DNA of 63,333 bases, filler included, from Dimorphilus gyrociliatus (GCA_904063045.1; 7 parts of 7 records of this genome joined end to end with filler, not necessarily neighbours in it), one strand, 5' to 3'; shown: positions 13,200-26,591, numbered from the whole stretch's first letter. The notes: generated from the sequence alone by a model not told the origin. Numbers and translations are program-made.

Positions 13200-14249
13200 G
13201 TTTCACAACTTTTATGCAAAGAATTTATCATGAGAAACAGGATGATAGCCCTACTTACACCACTATCACCTCAACTACCAACAATACTTGGATCTAAACA
13301 TGGAACCCATAGTACATGGTTAGGAGATCTAACAACCCTCAATACATGTACAGAATTAAAAACTGTTCAAGTAGTTTGTGACACAACAATTATAACAAAA
13401 AATGGATTATGTTCAAAAGAATTTCTGATCAAATATAAAGATCTCCTATTCTCAATTGATCCAATACTTCATCATGCTTACCACATCACTAAAGAAGACA
13501 TAAAATATGGTACATGTGACCAAATTCAGCATCTCTTCAAGATCAAGAAAAATCATTTTGGATGCAGAACAAAACCAATATGCCATACATTCTGGCAAGA
13601 AGACATTTATCTATTATACAAGGAAAGGATGCAGGTTCCAAACAGCAGCAGCACAATCAATCAGAATGAAAATCAACAGTGAAATTGAAGAACCAATTGA
13701 AGACTTTAATCAGGCATGTTATGCTTATGGTTGGATAGGAGAAGATGTTGTGAAAGCAAATCTTTTAGATTATTTAACTGGTCCTGCAAAGGATTTGGTG
13801 TTGGCTCTGGATGGAGAGCCTACTGTGGAGGAAATATGGAAAGCCCTCCATGACGAATTTGATCTGGATCCTTTGGAGTATCCTTGTCACCAACACAACA
13901 TCTATTTTCTTCATGGATAAGAAAACCTTTCAAAATACTAATAGACACACTTCTTCCAATTATACTCTTGATTGGAATTGGATTCTTCATTTACTTTATT
14001 TGGAAGAAAAAACTGAAAAGAGTTCAATTTACCAGACTGTCTAAACTATTGACAAAAACAAAAAGATTACCTTCAGCTCCAACAGCTGAATCAGAAGAAA
14101 TAGAACTGCAAAATTATCCTATGTTCAGAAAAAATGGTGATAACATAATTGTCACAAGTCCTAGACCTTTTGTGGAAGCAATAAAACCTATTAAATTATA
14201 TAAAGAATATTGCTATTTGCAACCTAGCATTAATATTACAATTTATTAA
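13200..14249 (+). pseudogene. env-like ORF3 fragment 2 with C-terminal transmembrane anchor, interrupted by a gag-A piece
   Basis: ORF 13884..14249 has LLPIILLIGIGFFIYFIW followed by KKKLKR. 13701-13882 matches gag A. Confidence 0.6.
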
Positions 14250-15029
14250 TCCATACATTTAGGATTTTCAACTAAAACTAGTTAAATTAATTATCAATTA
14301 TGCTAAAATTCTAAGTTTAGATTATATTCACTATCCAACAGTATTGTGTATACAGTTTTTGGGGAATCATGAAATGCTTGAATCCATAGTGAACTTAACA
14401 AAGGGTCTAAGTCTGTCACATTTGGAAAACATGTCACTTAATGGAGCATTTACAATAGACTGTCTTTATTATGAGGTAACACTTCAGTAGTTCATATTCA
14501 GTCATTTGAATTTACTAATTTTCAGATTTCTACTAAGAAATACATTTTAAAAATAGAAAATATTTATAATAGAACAGAAACAAATGAGAAAAATGATATT
14601 TGTTCATTAGGCTTATTAGTTAAAAAACTTTTGCAAAAGAGACAGCAACACATCAATATATTAAAGCAAAGATAGTGAAAAGAGTTCTATGCAACTATCA
14701 GTCTCTCTTTCTCTAGGACTGAACAAATATTCCCATTTTTCTACAGTCCTATGTGTAAAATATGTGAAATTTTCTCTTTAATAATAAAATATTACTTTTT
14801 TGAAATTATATCGTGATCTTTGAACTAACCATTGCTACGAAGCAATGGTCTGTGGCATTGAAGTGAGTGGTTGTGAAAACCAAAGTGTTATGTTAATGTT
14901 AAATGTATGTCATATGTTAAAAAGAGGACACAGAGACATCTCGATGTCCAAAGCATGAACTTGATGTAAACTATTTTCTATAAGCTTTATTCAAATTTTT
15001 TAAACAGAAAGAACATTTAAGAAATGTTT

Positions 15030-18000
15030 TCATTCCTTGAACTCTCTTTCTTTTAGTAATAGACTATTGGCAATATTACCAAAGGCAAAAATATCCTGTT
15101 TTTCATTTAATAAAGTCTTCTCACAAATACATTGTGTATGTAAAAAATACTTGTCACAAGAAATCTAAGATATAAAGAAGAGAAAAAATGAATAGTTCAT
15201 GTAAAGAATAATTGCTGCTAATATTTTTACCTCATAAAGAATATCATTTAATGATATATTTCCATTTAAAGACAGGTTATTTGAATGTGAAAATTCCATG
15301 GCTTTTGTAATATGTATTAAGCACTTTAGCAGCTCTCTTTTTTCCATCAATTTACTTGATTTACTTGATATCTCTACCTTTTTGTATGAATTAAATGTGA
15401 TCTTATGACCAAGAAAGAAGGTATTCAGGTTGTTGTAAAAATCAAAAGCTATAAATATAACAAAAGTATCACTTGAAACCATGAAAGATTAGCATAAAAA
15501 CATTTCTATATAAGTTGTTCATCAATGTCCTCCAAGTTAATTTATTGTTGAAGAATAAACTAAATGTTATTAAATAATTACCTTTAGACATTACATCTAT
15601 ATTGTCCTGTTGTTCTCTGTGATTTAAATTAGATAAAAAAAGAGATGAAAGGAAAAAAGAAAACAATTTCAAGTAAAACTTAACAGTCTCTTGAGAAGTT
15701 TGTTTCTTTCCTTAATTTTATAGTTAACAAATTCACCACAAATGAAGCATAATGGGTCAAAAACTGAATTAAAAACTAACATAATTGAAATATACAGAAT
15801 AATTGTATTGTTTTTTAATGATTTAAAATCAAAGAATGAAAGTATTCCTGTTTGGAATGAAAGAAAGATAATATACAATGAATATAACTTCATATACTGT
15901 ATATGAAAGGGGTCGGGTGTGAACGTACCTGGGTGCGAACGTACCCGGGTGCGAACGTACCCTGGGCGGGTGCGAACGTACCTGGGTACGTTCGCACCCT
16001 ATTTTTATATTTATTTTATTTTTGAATTTTTGAATAAACATGTACATTGACACCCTTTTTTCCTTCTGTTCCTTCATTATATATTTGTTAATATATTGAT
16101 TTGATAGAATGCAGATATTAAATAGAATACATATCCCATCAATATTAAATTACTACTTTAAAAGAAAATGTTGTTGAAAGTGAAATAGCAGCCATTTTAA
16201 TAGTGATAGTTTTATTAAATAAACTTTCACTTGGAATATTTATCCTTGCAAAAGTAAAGCTATATTTACTGAATAAATTTGGACAAAGTTCTTCTTGGAA
16301 GCTTCAACAGAAGTGAGTATTTATATCTAATCATTGAGATTGTTGATTCATGATATTTTGATGTAATATACTATCTTCAATTGTGAAAAAGCTGAATATT
16401 TTTCATAAATAAAATTTCAGCCATTTTGAATATTTGGAAAGGAAATTTATTGATAACTGGAAATATTTTTAGATAACCATCTACATTTGATTGAAGATTA
16501 AAAAATGGCTTTCAAATGTCACAATTGTCATTCAACAATTTATGGAAGGCAAAAATATTTGAAATGCAGCCTTTGTAAGAATCTTATTCATAGGAAATGC
16601 ACAGGTATGTAACTCTTTAATCAGCTTTCATGTAATTATATTTTTTAACATATTCTTATAGAAACACATAACATACCAATTTGCAAACCTTGTAACAAAA
16701 GAAAATGTACTGTCATGCTCAAGAAGTTAACTAATCTGGAAATTCATCAATTCAAAGTAAATTCTGAAGAAAGCTTTATTGATGAAAGAAATAAGATTGC
16801 TGCAGTTGAGGAATCAATATTGGAGGATGAAAATCATGTTCTTTCAGAATGCCAATCAATGGACCTAGACTCTTTGGAGGAAGTTGAAGAGAATGCTGAA
16901 GAATATTGTGAATCATCCACAAAAAGTGATTTTGAGATTGTAAAAGGAGGAAGTAGAAAGGGACATGACATTTTACTGAATGATGGATATTCTTTTGTTG
17001 TTAAACATAAAACACCATCAAGTACTATTTGGGTGTGCAGTGTGAGAAGTAAGAAGAAAAGATGTGTGGCCAGAATAAGACAAAATGGAAATTTATTTCT
17101 CAAAGGCAATTTGGAACATAATCACAACAGAAAAAAGAATTTAGAAGTGGATATTAAAGTGAAAACAGATTTGAAAATTGTTTGCAGAAGTGATAATCAA
17201 ACATCTGGAAGAAGCATTGCTGAAAAAGTTCTTCTATCCTATGAACCCAATGCAACTTGTCTTCCTGATATCAACTATTTGAAGAGAATGGCAAACTCAA
17301 ATAGACAAAAGTTTAGGCCAGTGGAACCTAAAGTGTACAACTTTAATTTAGATGAAACATTTTTGCCTGATGAATTTTTGCAGAAAGATATTTGTGAAAA
17401 TGGAGAAAGAATTTTAATCTTTGCAACAAACCATCAGCTGAATTTATTATCAAAATCCAACTGTTGGTACATTGATGGTACTTTCAAGATTGTAAAAGAA
17501 CCATTTTATCAACTTGTCACTATTCACTCATTTGTTAAGAAGAGTGGTGATATGAAGCAAGTTCCTCTTGTTTTTATTTTTCTGACTTCAAAGCATACCA
17601 AAGCATACTTACAAGCATTTCAAGTAAATATTTCATATTATCTCTTCAAAAGTGATGATAAATAAAGTTGCTTTTTTGTAGCATATCAACAATCTTATCA
17701 ATGATTTTCATCCAAAAAGAATTACAATGGATTTTGAAAAAGGACTATGGAAAGCATTATCAAAAGTATATCCCCTCACTGAATTTCAAGGTTGTGTATT
17801 TCATTTCACACAAGCAGTATACAGGAAAATACAAGTCAGTTACATTCAAATATATATAACATTATCTATTAAGTAACTTATATTATTGAATAGGCTCTTG
17901 GCTATGTAAAGAAATACAAAGAAAAAGGAAATGATTGGAAAGATTTCAGAAAATTGATGGCTCTGCCATTCTTGCCAGCACATATTATTCAACCAACATT

Positions 18001-21000
18001 TGACAGCATAAATGCAGAACTTTGTGAAAAAAATAGATTTTTGGACCTGCTGCAATACTTCCAAACAAACTGGATCAAAAATAAATTATGGAAACCAAAT
18101 AACTGGTCAGTTTTTGGTTTGTCTATTAGGACCAATAATGATTGTGAAGGATGGCATCAAAGAATGAATAGTAAGCTGCCTGCTAAAGGTTCTTTTTACA
18201 TGCTGGTTGATGAGCTAAAAAAAGAGTCTGAGTTGATTGCAGTTTATGAGAAATTACTGTCAGAAAAAAGGATTTACAAACATCAAAAGAAAAAGTATAT
18301 TGACATCCAAAAGAAAATTTTTGATTTATGGGATGATTTCAAGTTGAACAAATTGACATCAATTGATCTATTAATGCAGACATCCCATATCTACTCTCCA
18401 GCATAAATATCATTTGTCAAGCTTTATTGTTTTTTAGTATAATATTTAGTCTTTTAAATACATACTTTTAGATTTATAGCTAAATCTTTTATTCAAAAAT
18501 TCAAAAATAAAATAAATATAAAAATAGGGTGCGAATGTACCTGGGTACGTTCGCACCCGCCCAGGGTACGTTCGCACCCGGGTACGTTCACACCCAGGTA
18601 CGTTCGCACCCCAACTCTATATGAAATTCAATGTGGTAGAGAGATTTTCTTACACAAATTCCTTTGATAAATATTGTATAGTCTTAGCGATTTACTCTTT
18701 TTCAGAACATATTTTGTTATCAGCTGTAAGAAAAGCTCCCATCAACCCTTTAAGAAAACACTTTTAAATACCTAATATTGAAAAAAACAACCAGGCAAAC
18801 ATATTTGAAAATGATATTGATACAAGTGCATTATGTAATTTCACTTTAGTTCCATTTTTTGCATTCAATTTTTTTGTTGATTTAATATATAAACTACTTA
18901 TTATACAACAGACTATTGGTGTGATAATACTAAAGATAGTGAAAGGCATTATCCAATATTTTTTATTCTCCTTTCGTATTTGTACAAAAAAACAAATTGG
19001 AGAAAGGCTATGCATTTTCTACAAAAACAACAATTTTTCAATGCTATTAATGAAATGTTTTAAATTTTTATTCTTTTGGCCTACACTATTATAAGCTAAA
19101 GGAATGATTGACATGAATAGGCAAAAAATTATTGATATAGAGGCAAATTTCCATTTTGAGGACTTTTTAATCAGAACAGTATGATAACTACTGAGACATA
19201 TCAAAAGTGTGCTTGTCAAGGATAACACTGATGAAAAAGTCATAGCTATTCCTAAAAATTGGCAAATATTACTATTCCTCCATTCATGATCAATTTCTAT
19301 ATAAGATAATGAATAATATGCATCAGCAACTGCTATTGCTACCACATAACATGATGTTAAAAAGTCACTTATTATCAAAAGTATTTGAAAATATTTTAGG
19401 TTTTTGTTCAAGTAGACACTTAAACAGAAAGAAACTGCATTACCAATTAGACCCATTATACCAAAAGACCAGAATATTATTCTTACTGAAGTTGAAGTTA
19501 ACAGTGTTTTACAATTAAAAAAAAATGACAAAGATGGAAAACACTCTGTTAACTTTCCAAAATATTTCCACACAAGGCAACAAAATTGAAATTTATCACC
19601 ATGAATTTCTTTTACTTTTGTTAGTCCAGATAGCATTTTTCTTGCCTCCAAAATTGAAATATTTGATTGATTTATATAAAGGAATTTAAGATTTTTCAAT
19701 GAAAGAAATGATTCATTTTCAATGGTTTTAATTGGACAATTTGACATTTTCAAAATCTCTAATCTATGCAAAATTTTAAAATCACCTTCTTTAATTATGT
19801 TCACATAATTGAATGAAATGTCAAGATATCTTAAATTGGAACATTGCAAATTCTTTGAAATAAAATTTAGAGATTGAACATAATTAAATGAAATATCTAA
19901 ATGCTGTAAAATTGTTAGAGGTCCATATAGGATTATTAGTGTTTCAAGACTATTGGTAACATTATTAAGTTGTAGATAAATTAAATTTGGAAATAGAGTA
20001 GCATTCATTTGAAACTGTAAGGAATGTTTTACACTCAAAAAGAATAAATCTAATGATAAAAAATTCAGAAAATCTTTTGGCATTGTTCCAATAATTAAAA
20101 TTCTTTTGAGATATATCAATTGGCTACTTTTGTTATTTTTATATTGAAGAAATTGTACTTGATCAACATCTGTAAATTGGCAGGACATTTGAATATTCAA
20201 ATTGATATTACAATTTGATGTTGCAGTTATATTTGGTATTGAACAAAACAATTCATCACTTCCACTTAAACAATTCACCAGTCCATCACAAACTTTTGAA
20301 GTAGTAATAAAATATCTTTGATTTCTGCACTTAAAATACCCATTTGCTACAAAATTATCTGAATTTATGGTGAAAACTGTTGAAATATTATAGATTTTTC
20401 TATATGAAACTAACTGCAATCTGTTTCGTCATCAGCTAGGTAACAATCAAGTGTACCATCACAAATTTGTTCAATGGATATGCAATAGTTGCTTTTATAG
20501 CAGAGATATTGTCCATAAGGGCATGATGTTCTGACACATTTTGATGTTACTGAGTATAAATCAGTTTTTGGTAGTCCTATAGTGTTTTTCAGGAAATAGC
20601 ATCTACTTTCATTAGGCTCTAAAGTGTCTCTAGTCTCTTTTTCGTCAATAGTACAGTCTCTTTTTCCATCATTTTTCATAAAAACTGGTATACAATAATT
20701 CTCGCACTTTAATTGAAAATCTCTGTTACAACCTGTGCAAAGCATACAAAGTAGAAAAAATAGAATCTAAATGGATCTTGCCTGTTTGATACTCTTTTAT
20801 CAAAGCATTTTCCATAAAGCAAATTTCATCAGATTGATCAAAGCAGTTTTTTTCATTATCACATATTTGACTTTTATGAATGCATTGTTTATTGTGACAA
20901 TTTCTACATTACAATATAAAAGAAAAGTAATCTTTTTTTAAAAAGATTGTACCTACATGAAATTTCCAAAACAGCTTTCCCTTTCTGTGAAAAATAAAGA

Positions 21001-24000
21001 AAAATGGTAATGAATTGTTATGTTAAGAAGATATTGAAAGAACTAACTACAATATCTTTCATCAGAATTGTCAGAACAATCATTCTGATAATTACAAACA
21101 TTTACAAAGCTAATTTTTTCCCTTGTGGAAAAACAGTGAAAGTAGTTAGTTTGATGGTCTTGGCAGAATTCTTTGTCTTCATCTTCATTAGTTATACAAT
21201 CATTAACTCCATCACAAATGTATATTATATTTATATATATTTTAGTACGGTAACAAAAAAAAGTATTCAGCAGGATTGGAGCCTTTTTCTTATTTATTTC
21301 TTCAAAGTTTTCTGGTCTATATACATCTATAAATCGAGAAATTGAATATGAAGGAATTGATATAGTGAATAAGAGGGAGAATTGTAAGACTTTAGAGCTA
21401 ACTCTGAATTTTTTGACAGTAGACTGGTCTTTTAAATTTTTCAAAGCAATTGAAAAATTCTACTTCTAAATTATTAATTATCAGAATAGCAGAGCTTTGT
21501 GTCATAAAAATTAACTGCTAAGTAATGACTCAAATTAAAATTGCTTTTAATTACCTCTCATCTAAATCACCTTTTGAATCCTGAAAACTCTGTGCAGCAT
21601 ACAATGAAATAACAAAATATTCAAATAGTTTTTTCTTTCATGTTGTTTTAGTTCAAGACTTACAAAAAGTGACAACTTCAAACATTTAGATATAAGTAGT
21701 TGTTCAGCAGGTTTTGGTTTAAAAAGAAATTCTCTGTTAAGATTATCAAAAATATGATTTGACTGAAAAAAAAACCCTTTATATATTTATTATTTTTAAT
21801 ATTTTGTTACTTTTTTCATCACTAACATCACTATGACTGTAAAGAGGAATATTGGTATTTATTCCACTTGAACTCCCATAGACTGAATAGTTATTGTGAT
21901 GTCTCTCTTTTAAATGTACTATTGAAAGAAAAACAATCAGTTAATTTGAAAGTTTGTTGGAAAAGATATATTTTGAGATCATTTACTAATAATATAATTT
22001 CCATAATTGGACTTTAAAGATACTCTAGAATTTTCAATTTCTTCCTTTAGTGCTATTAGATTGAGAACAAAATTTTTTTCCATGGTTGAAAAATCAGCTA
22101 GTTTTAGATTTTCTCTTTGACAAACCAATTCCCTCTCCTTGATATTTAATGATATATTTGCATCAAATGAATAATAACATATGTCATATATTATTAAGAC
22201 TTTTTCACCAAAACAACCTAAAGATAAAAGTTCCTTACAAAAGAGTGGGTTTAGAGCAGACAGAACAGAGGGTACAAAAGAACTGTCAATGTCCTTACTC
22301 CCTGGATTACAAATAGACCCTTTGTATCTTTGTTAGACAAACCTATATATGATCTGTTTGAACATTCTATAAAGTACATTGCTGCCATGGTACTTTTTTG
22401 AATTATCATTTCATTCCTATTAAATTACAGATATAATTTAATATGCATTGTCAATTTGGAGGTTAAAGACAAGTGACTTCACAAACAGTTGACCAGGGTG
22501 AAATATGATTAATACATAAAATAAAACAAATAAAACCTGCCAACTTTATATTTTGTGTTCAGTTGTCCTGAATCCTCTTTTACTTTACTACTAAAATTAC
22601 GATTTAATGATATTGCAATTAAAAAGGGAAGTTTCATTTCCATTGCACTGAAGTGATGAATATAAAGCTAAATTGTTTTTCACATAAAGTAGTTCGTGGT
22701 ATCTGCTAAAGTATAAATTTTCTCCAATAATAGTTCCATACTTGAAACCAAATGCTTGGCATATCTTTTGAACTTCATTATAGTATAAATAAGCAAAACT
22801 GATCCAAGTAAAGTTATATACTTGAAATCTTCCAGCAAAACTATAAAATGAGTGTTTGTCACCAAGATATAGAATTTTGTCAGGGCTGTTATATAATCTA
22901 AAGGCTACAGAATATTTGATTGTGGCTTTAAATTTTGAAAATAAATGCTATAGAGAAAAGTACAGGAATTATCCTTAACTTTATCACATTTTAGCGAAAC
23001 AAGAATGAATTCAACTTTTACTTTTGGAGAAAGTATTACACATGTCTGATTAATGTCTTCAATATTTTGACATTTTGTTAAATATGGTATTTGTTTCTAT
23101 TAAGCAATTTACAAATATACTTAACAACATTGTTTTAAAATTATAGACTTTTGAGACCTCTAAATCATTTGTTTTTTTAAAGCAGCTATCTTCTTTCAGT
23201 GACATTGACATTAAGCCACAAAATACTTGGCAGTAGAAAATGGATGAACTTTCTCTTTTATTGTAGACTGTTAATAGTAAGCCATATGTTTTGGATTTGA
23301 TAAAATATGGCACTGTTTCCTTTGAAACATATGATAAATAATATTTTTCCCAATTTTTTGCTTCACTGTATTCTAATACTTGAAAATCTTTGAAAAAATA
23401 CAAGTAAAACATGTCATAACATTGTTTTTTTGAAAATGTTCAGAGAAAGTACCTTCAAAATCCATATATGAACAAAAAACATAATGGATGCTCTGAGATA
23501 TTTCATCAATCATTATTGATTTACTTGAATTTAAAAATAGTTTGATTTGTCTTGAAATATTGGCTGCAACAATTGGATATTGAAGAACAAAACTACTTTT
23601 CCTACATATTTCCTTTCTGTCCTCTGGATAAGAATAGACTTTGTAATGTTTAAAATTTTTATAGAAATATAGTTGATATTTATTCTCTGATATTTGACTA
23701 GAAAAATACTCTGCTATAATATCCAATGGAATATTAGAAATTAATATTAAAAAAAATCAATATGTATCAATTACTTTTTTTGGAACAAATTAAAAGTATT
23801 CCATTTTCATTGTCATCTTTTTTTGAATTACTTGAAATATTTCTAGAAGATAGGTTTATAATGACTAGCTAGATGATTTTTTCAATTATTCTCAATACTT
23901 ACAAAAAACAATTTGCTATTATTTCATTACAAATCATTTGTACAAGACTGGTATTGTTATCAACAATCTGCCATGGGTAAGACAGGGAATGGAGTACATT

Positions 24001-24225
24001 ATAACCCAATTTTGAACAGAAGGAATTAAGAACAATATCTGAAAACTGGTTATAACTTGCAAAATATTCCTTTTCAATTACTTTAACTTTTAAAATTCCT
24101 TTAATCACAGATTCATTCTCTTCCAATTTAATCATAGAAAATTTAATTTGGTCATATGCTGGTAATCCATCAACTATGGAGATAATGTATTTACATATGA
24201 GGTTGAATGTGAATGATTCATACAC
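15030..24225 (-). CDS. Multi-exon GRL101/LGR-type GPCR: divergent SRCR-like modules, C-type lectin, six LDLa repeats, LRRs, 7TM and a kinase-like tail (5' end unresolved)
   Basis: LDLa motifs (CDGVNDC, CNYQNDC, CDNEKNC, NDGKRDC, CDGTLDC, CDGLVNC), LDISFN LRRs, FCCL hinge, TM1 GLIGNA, ECL1 W.NSNICQFLG, TM7 NSVFDP. The 3' exons splice in phase at GT-AG junctions. Upstream junctions were not fully resolved. Confidence 0.8.
15909..18617 (+). mobile_element. Mutator-like (MULE, Phantom-type) DNA transposon, apparently complete
   Basis: 130-bp TIRs (15909-16038 and 18488-18617) with tandem GGGTGCGAACGTACC units. Perfect 9-bp TSD TATATGAAA at 15900-15908 and 18618-18626. Confidence 0.95.
16505..18406 (+). 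CDS. MULE transposase, 575 aa: PHD finger + FLYWCH + DDE; join(16505..16604,16662..17623,17682..17834,17894..18406)
   Basis: C4HC3 pattern, W.C...C...HNH, YIDGTF, MDFE, GCVFH, TNNDCEGWH. Three 57-59 bp GT-AG introns restore one open frame of 1728 nt. Confidence 0.88.
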
Positions 24226-24699
24226 TTTGTTTTTTATGAATTACTCTACAAGTTTCAATGTATTTTTATAGCCTATAGTCTACTCTAGAAAAATAACAAA
24301 TCTATTTTAGAAGAAATCACTTCCATCTTGTATACATGTCTACCATTTGATTGGAACTAGGTTTATGATATACTGACAGAAACAGAATGACTTTTCTCAC
24401 AGAAAATCCCTAATTTCTTTTTTTTAACTGCTTCAAATTTTCATGGTCTTCCCCTTCAATATGATCCATCAATCTCCCAAAAAAATAATAATCAGATGTG
24501 ACTAAATCAGGATTCTGTGTTGAAGAGGGACCCCTCCTAAAAAATCTGTTGGGAGGAGGTATGTTTGCAGTTTGGCATTATCATGCTGCAGTATGATCTC
24601 TTTTCTTTGATCAAATTCTGTGCAATCTTTTCCTTAATCTCTTTAGGATCTCAACATATCTAATGAAGTTGATTGTCTTAGCATTCTCCATAAATTCAA

Positions 24700-25035
24700 T
24701 ATTGATTATGCTTGAATGTACTTTGTTGTATTGTAATTGTAGGAATTTCTGCTTCTTCAGAACAATATTTGTCCTTTCCAATCATTTATCAATTTACCAA
24801 AGTACTGGTCCAATTAGAACCTTTCAAGTTCATCCACAAATAGTCTTAACAAATGTAATTTTGGTAGAAATAATTCAACAAAATACCAGTATTTCGTCCA
24901 AAGAATATGTATTGAGTAAATGAGTTTCTAGTTCTAAACAAGTAAGTTTAAACAACCAGTTAACTGTTAAAGAACTGAACTGACAAGCTGAGGAAATGCA
25001 TTTCCTTTTATACATTTCCAAAGCTTGGGTTCAAG
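24700..25035 (-). mobile_element. Gypsy family B LTR/leader plus gag N-terminus fragment
   Basis: TATAAAA followed by TCAGTT, then MIGKDKYCSEEAEIPTITIQQ. Homologous to the 12.2 kb and 53.3 kb copies. Confidence 0.6.
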
Positions 25036-25269
25036 TGGTCAAAGGATTACAAAGTTGAAATCTGATGGTCTCATAATTCTCATGTAACAAAAATATGAAA
25101 AACTGTTATATCACACATATAAAATATAATCCTAAGATTAGGGCCACATGTCAAACATGTGCTGCAGTAAACAGGCCTGCCTCATCAGCATCTGGTATTT
25201 GACCTGCATCTTTTCCATGTTCTTTGTTCCTTTGTTAATTCCCAATTAGCCACCATCTGTTACAGTCAA

Positions 25270-25480
25270 GAGTCTATTTCTTACGAAATAGAGTTCTTTC
25301 TAAAGTACTAAAAGCTAACTCTACAAAATAAAAGTCTTTCTAAAGTTCCACCACTATAATTCCTATGAAATATAAGTATTTCTATAGTTGCACCAGTCTA
25401 ATTCTTATAAAATAGAAGTCTTTCTAATGTACCCTTATATCTAAAGTCTAAGTATTGATATATTATTATATCTAAGTGCA
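25270..25480 (+). repeat. About 40-42 bp minisatellite core of a dispersed repeat family
   Basis: About four degenerate units of AAATA.AAGTCTTTCTAAAGTT.CACC, related to the cores at 49.15-49.7 kb and 50.37-50.5 kb. Confidence 0.6.
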
Positions 25481-25973
25481 CATTGAAAAAAACAGAAAAC
25501 TGAGCCCAGCAGTTTCTAAGCTGATATAGCCATATTGAATCCTATTTGGGTGAAGACACAAACTATATCAAAGAATATATCCTTCTTTCAGAATCATAAA
25601 GATTTGTCAATACTTCATCTTAGGCTACAACTTTTTTTCAAAAAGTCTTCTTTTTCTGCAGTTTACTTTTAGAGTAGCTTGGAAAGATGATTCACTCTCA
25701 CCTCTTTTGATCTCCATTAGCATCATGAGGAATCATATTGCACAAATCTTTTTGTACTCAACCTCCTTTAGCATCTTCCCCAAATCTTCTTGTCAAGTAT
25801 ACAATTGTTTGTGGATTGCTCTCTGAGAAATAGTCTGATCTTTCCTGCTGACTCTGTTGATTGTTTCTCTGCTGTAATCATCTGCAGATTTCTTTGGGGT
25901 GAACAGATTTTAGTAAGTCTTCAAAGTTTTTTCTTCATTTTTTAAGTCAAATGACAACCACCACTCATAGTCT

Positions 25974-26591
25974 TGTACTGCTCTTGCTGGCAAAATCTAT
26001 GCGTTTGCAAGTTATAACAATAACTTTAAATGTTTAAATTAAAACAGTTTATTCGCAATAATAATACTTAAGCAAGTAACAATATGAGAGTTCGATAGCA
26101 GAGTAGGATAGTTCGTAAAAGCAGGTTGCCATATTACCAAACTGTCTTCCAATGTTGAGGAGTAGATGGATGGTTCCAGTGGAGGTTGTTTCCAGATGAT
26201 TTTCCCAGGTCCTTGGGTCCAGATGGGAAGCTGCATGCCAAATGAGAATAGTGAGGATTTATATACTTTGAGGTTTGTCTCTGACATCCAATCATCACTT
26301 TACAGTTGCCAAAATGTGTAGTTCATATTTATCTTTAGTAACAGGATATTACAAGGTTCAACATTTAGGAAGGTTAATTGAATTATAACTTGGCCACACC
26401 CTAGGCAAGTTAATTAAATTATAACTTGGCCAAACCTTTATTGGTAATTAAAGATGAGCCTTCAAGCTGACTAATCAGACTTATGTTTGGCCAATGTTAT
26501 AGCATTTTCTTGCGTAGGTTTTAAGATGTACATGTATAAGTTGCATAAAATAATAGAGTTCAAGCATGTAAAATATAACCAAAGTTGTACA
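25974..26591 (-). mobile_element. Solo LTR of Gypsy family A (618 bp)
   Basis: TGTAC...GTACA termini, near-identical to 53970-54604, with 4-bp TSD GTCT at 25970-25973 and 26592-26595. Confidence 0.93.

Larger units (their letters stand above)
7559..14249 (+). mobile_element. Ty3/Gypsy LTR retrotransposon family A: gag-PR-RT-RNaseH-(partial IN)-env-like, disrupted and rearranged
   Basis: Domain order PR (LIDSGSDRSFI), RT (YLDD), RNase H (TDAS, YTDH), then IN C-terminal GPY module. Most of the integrase core is missing. Confidence 0.9.

Noticed and set aside
15909-16000. Short GC-rich repeats resembling a CRISPR array (also 18528-18612)
   Set aside because: No unique spacers and no cas genes. 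They are mirror-image subterminal repeats of a MULE bounded by a 9-bp TSD.
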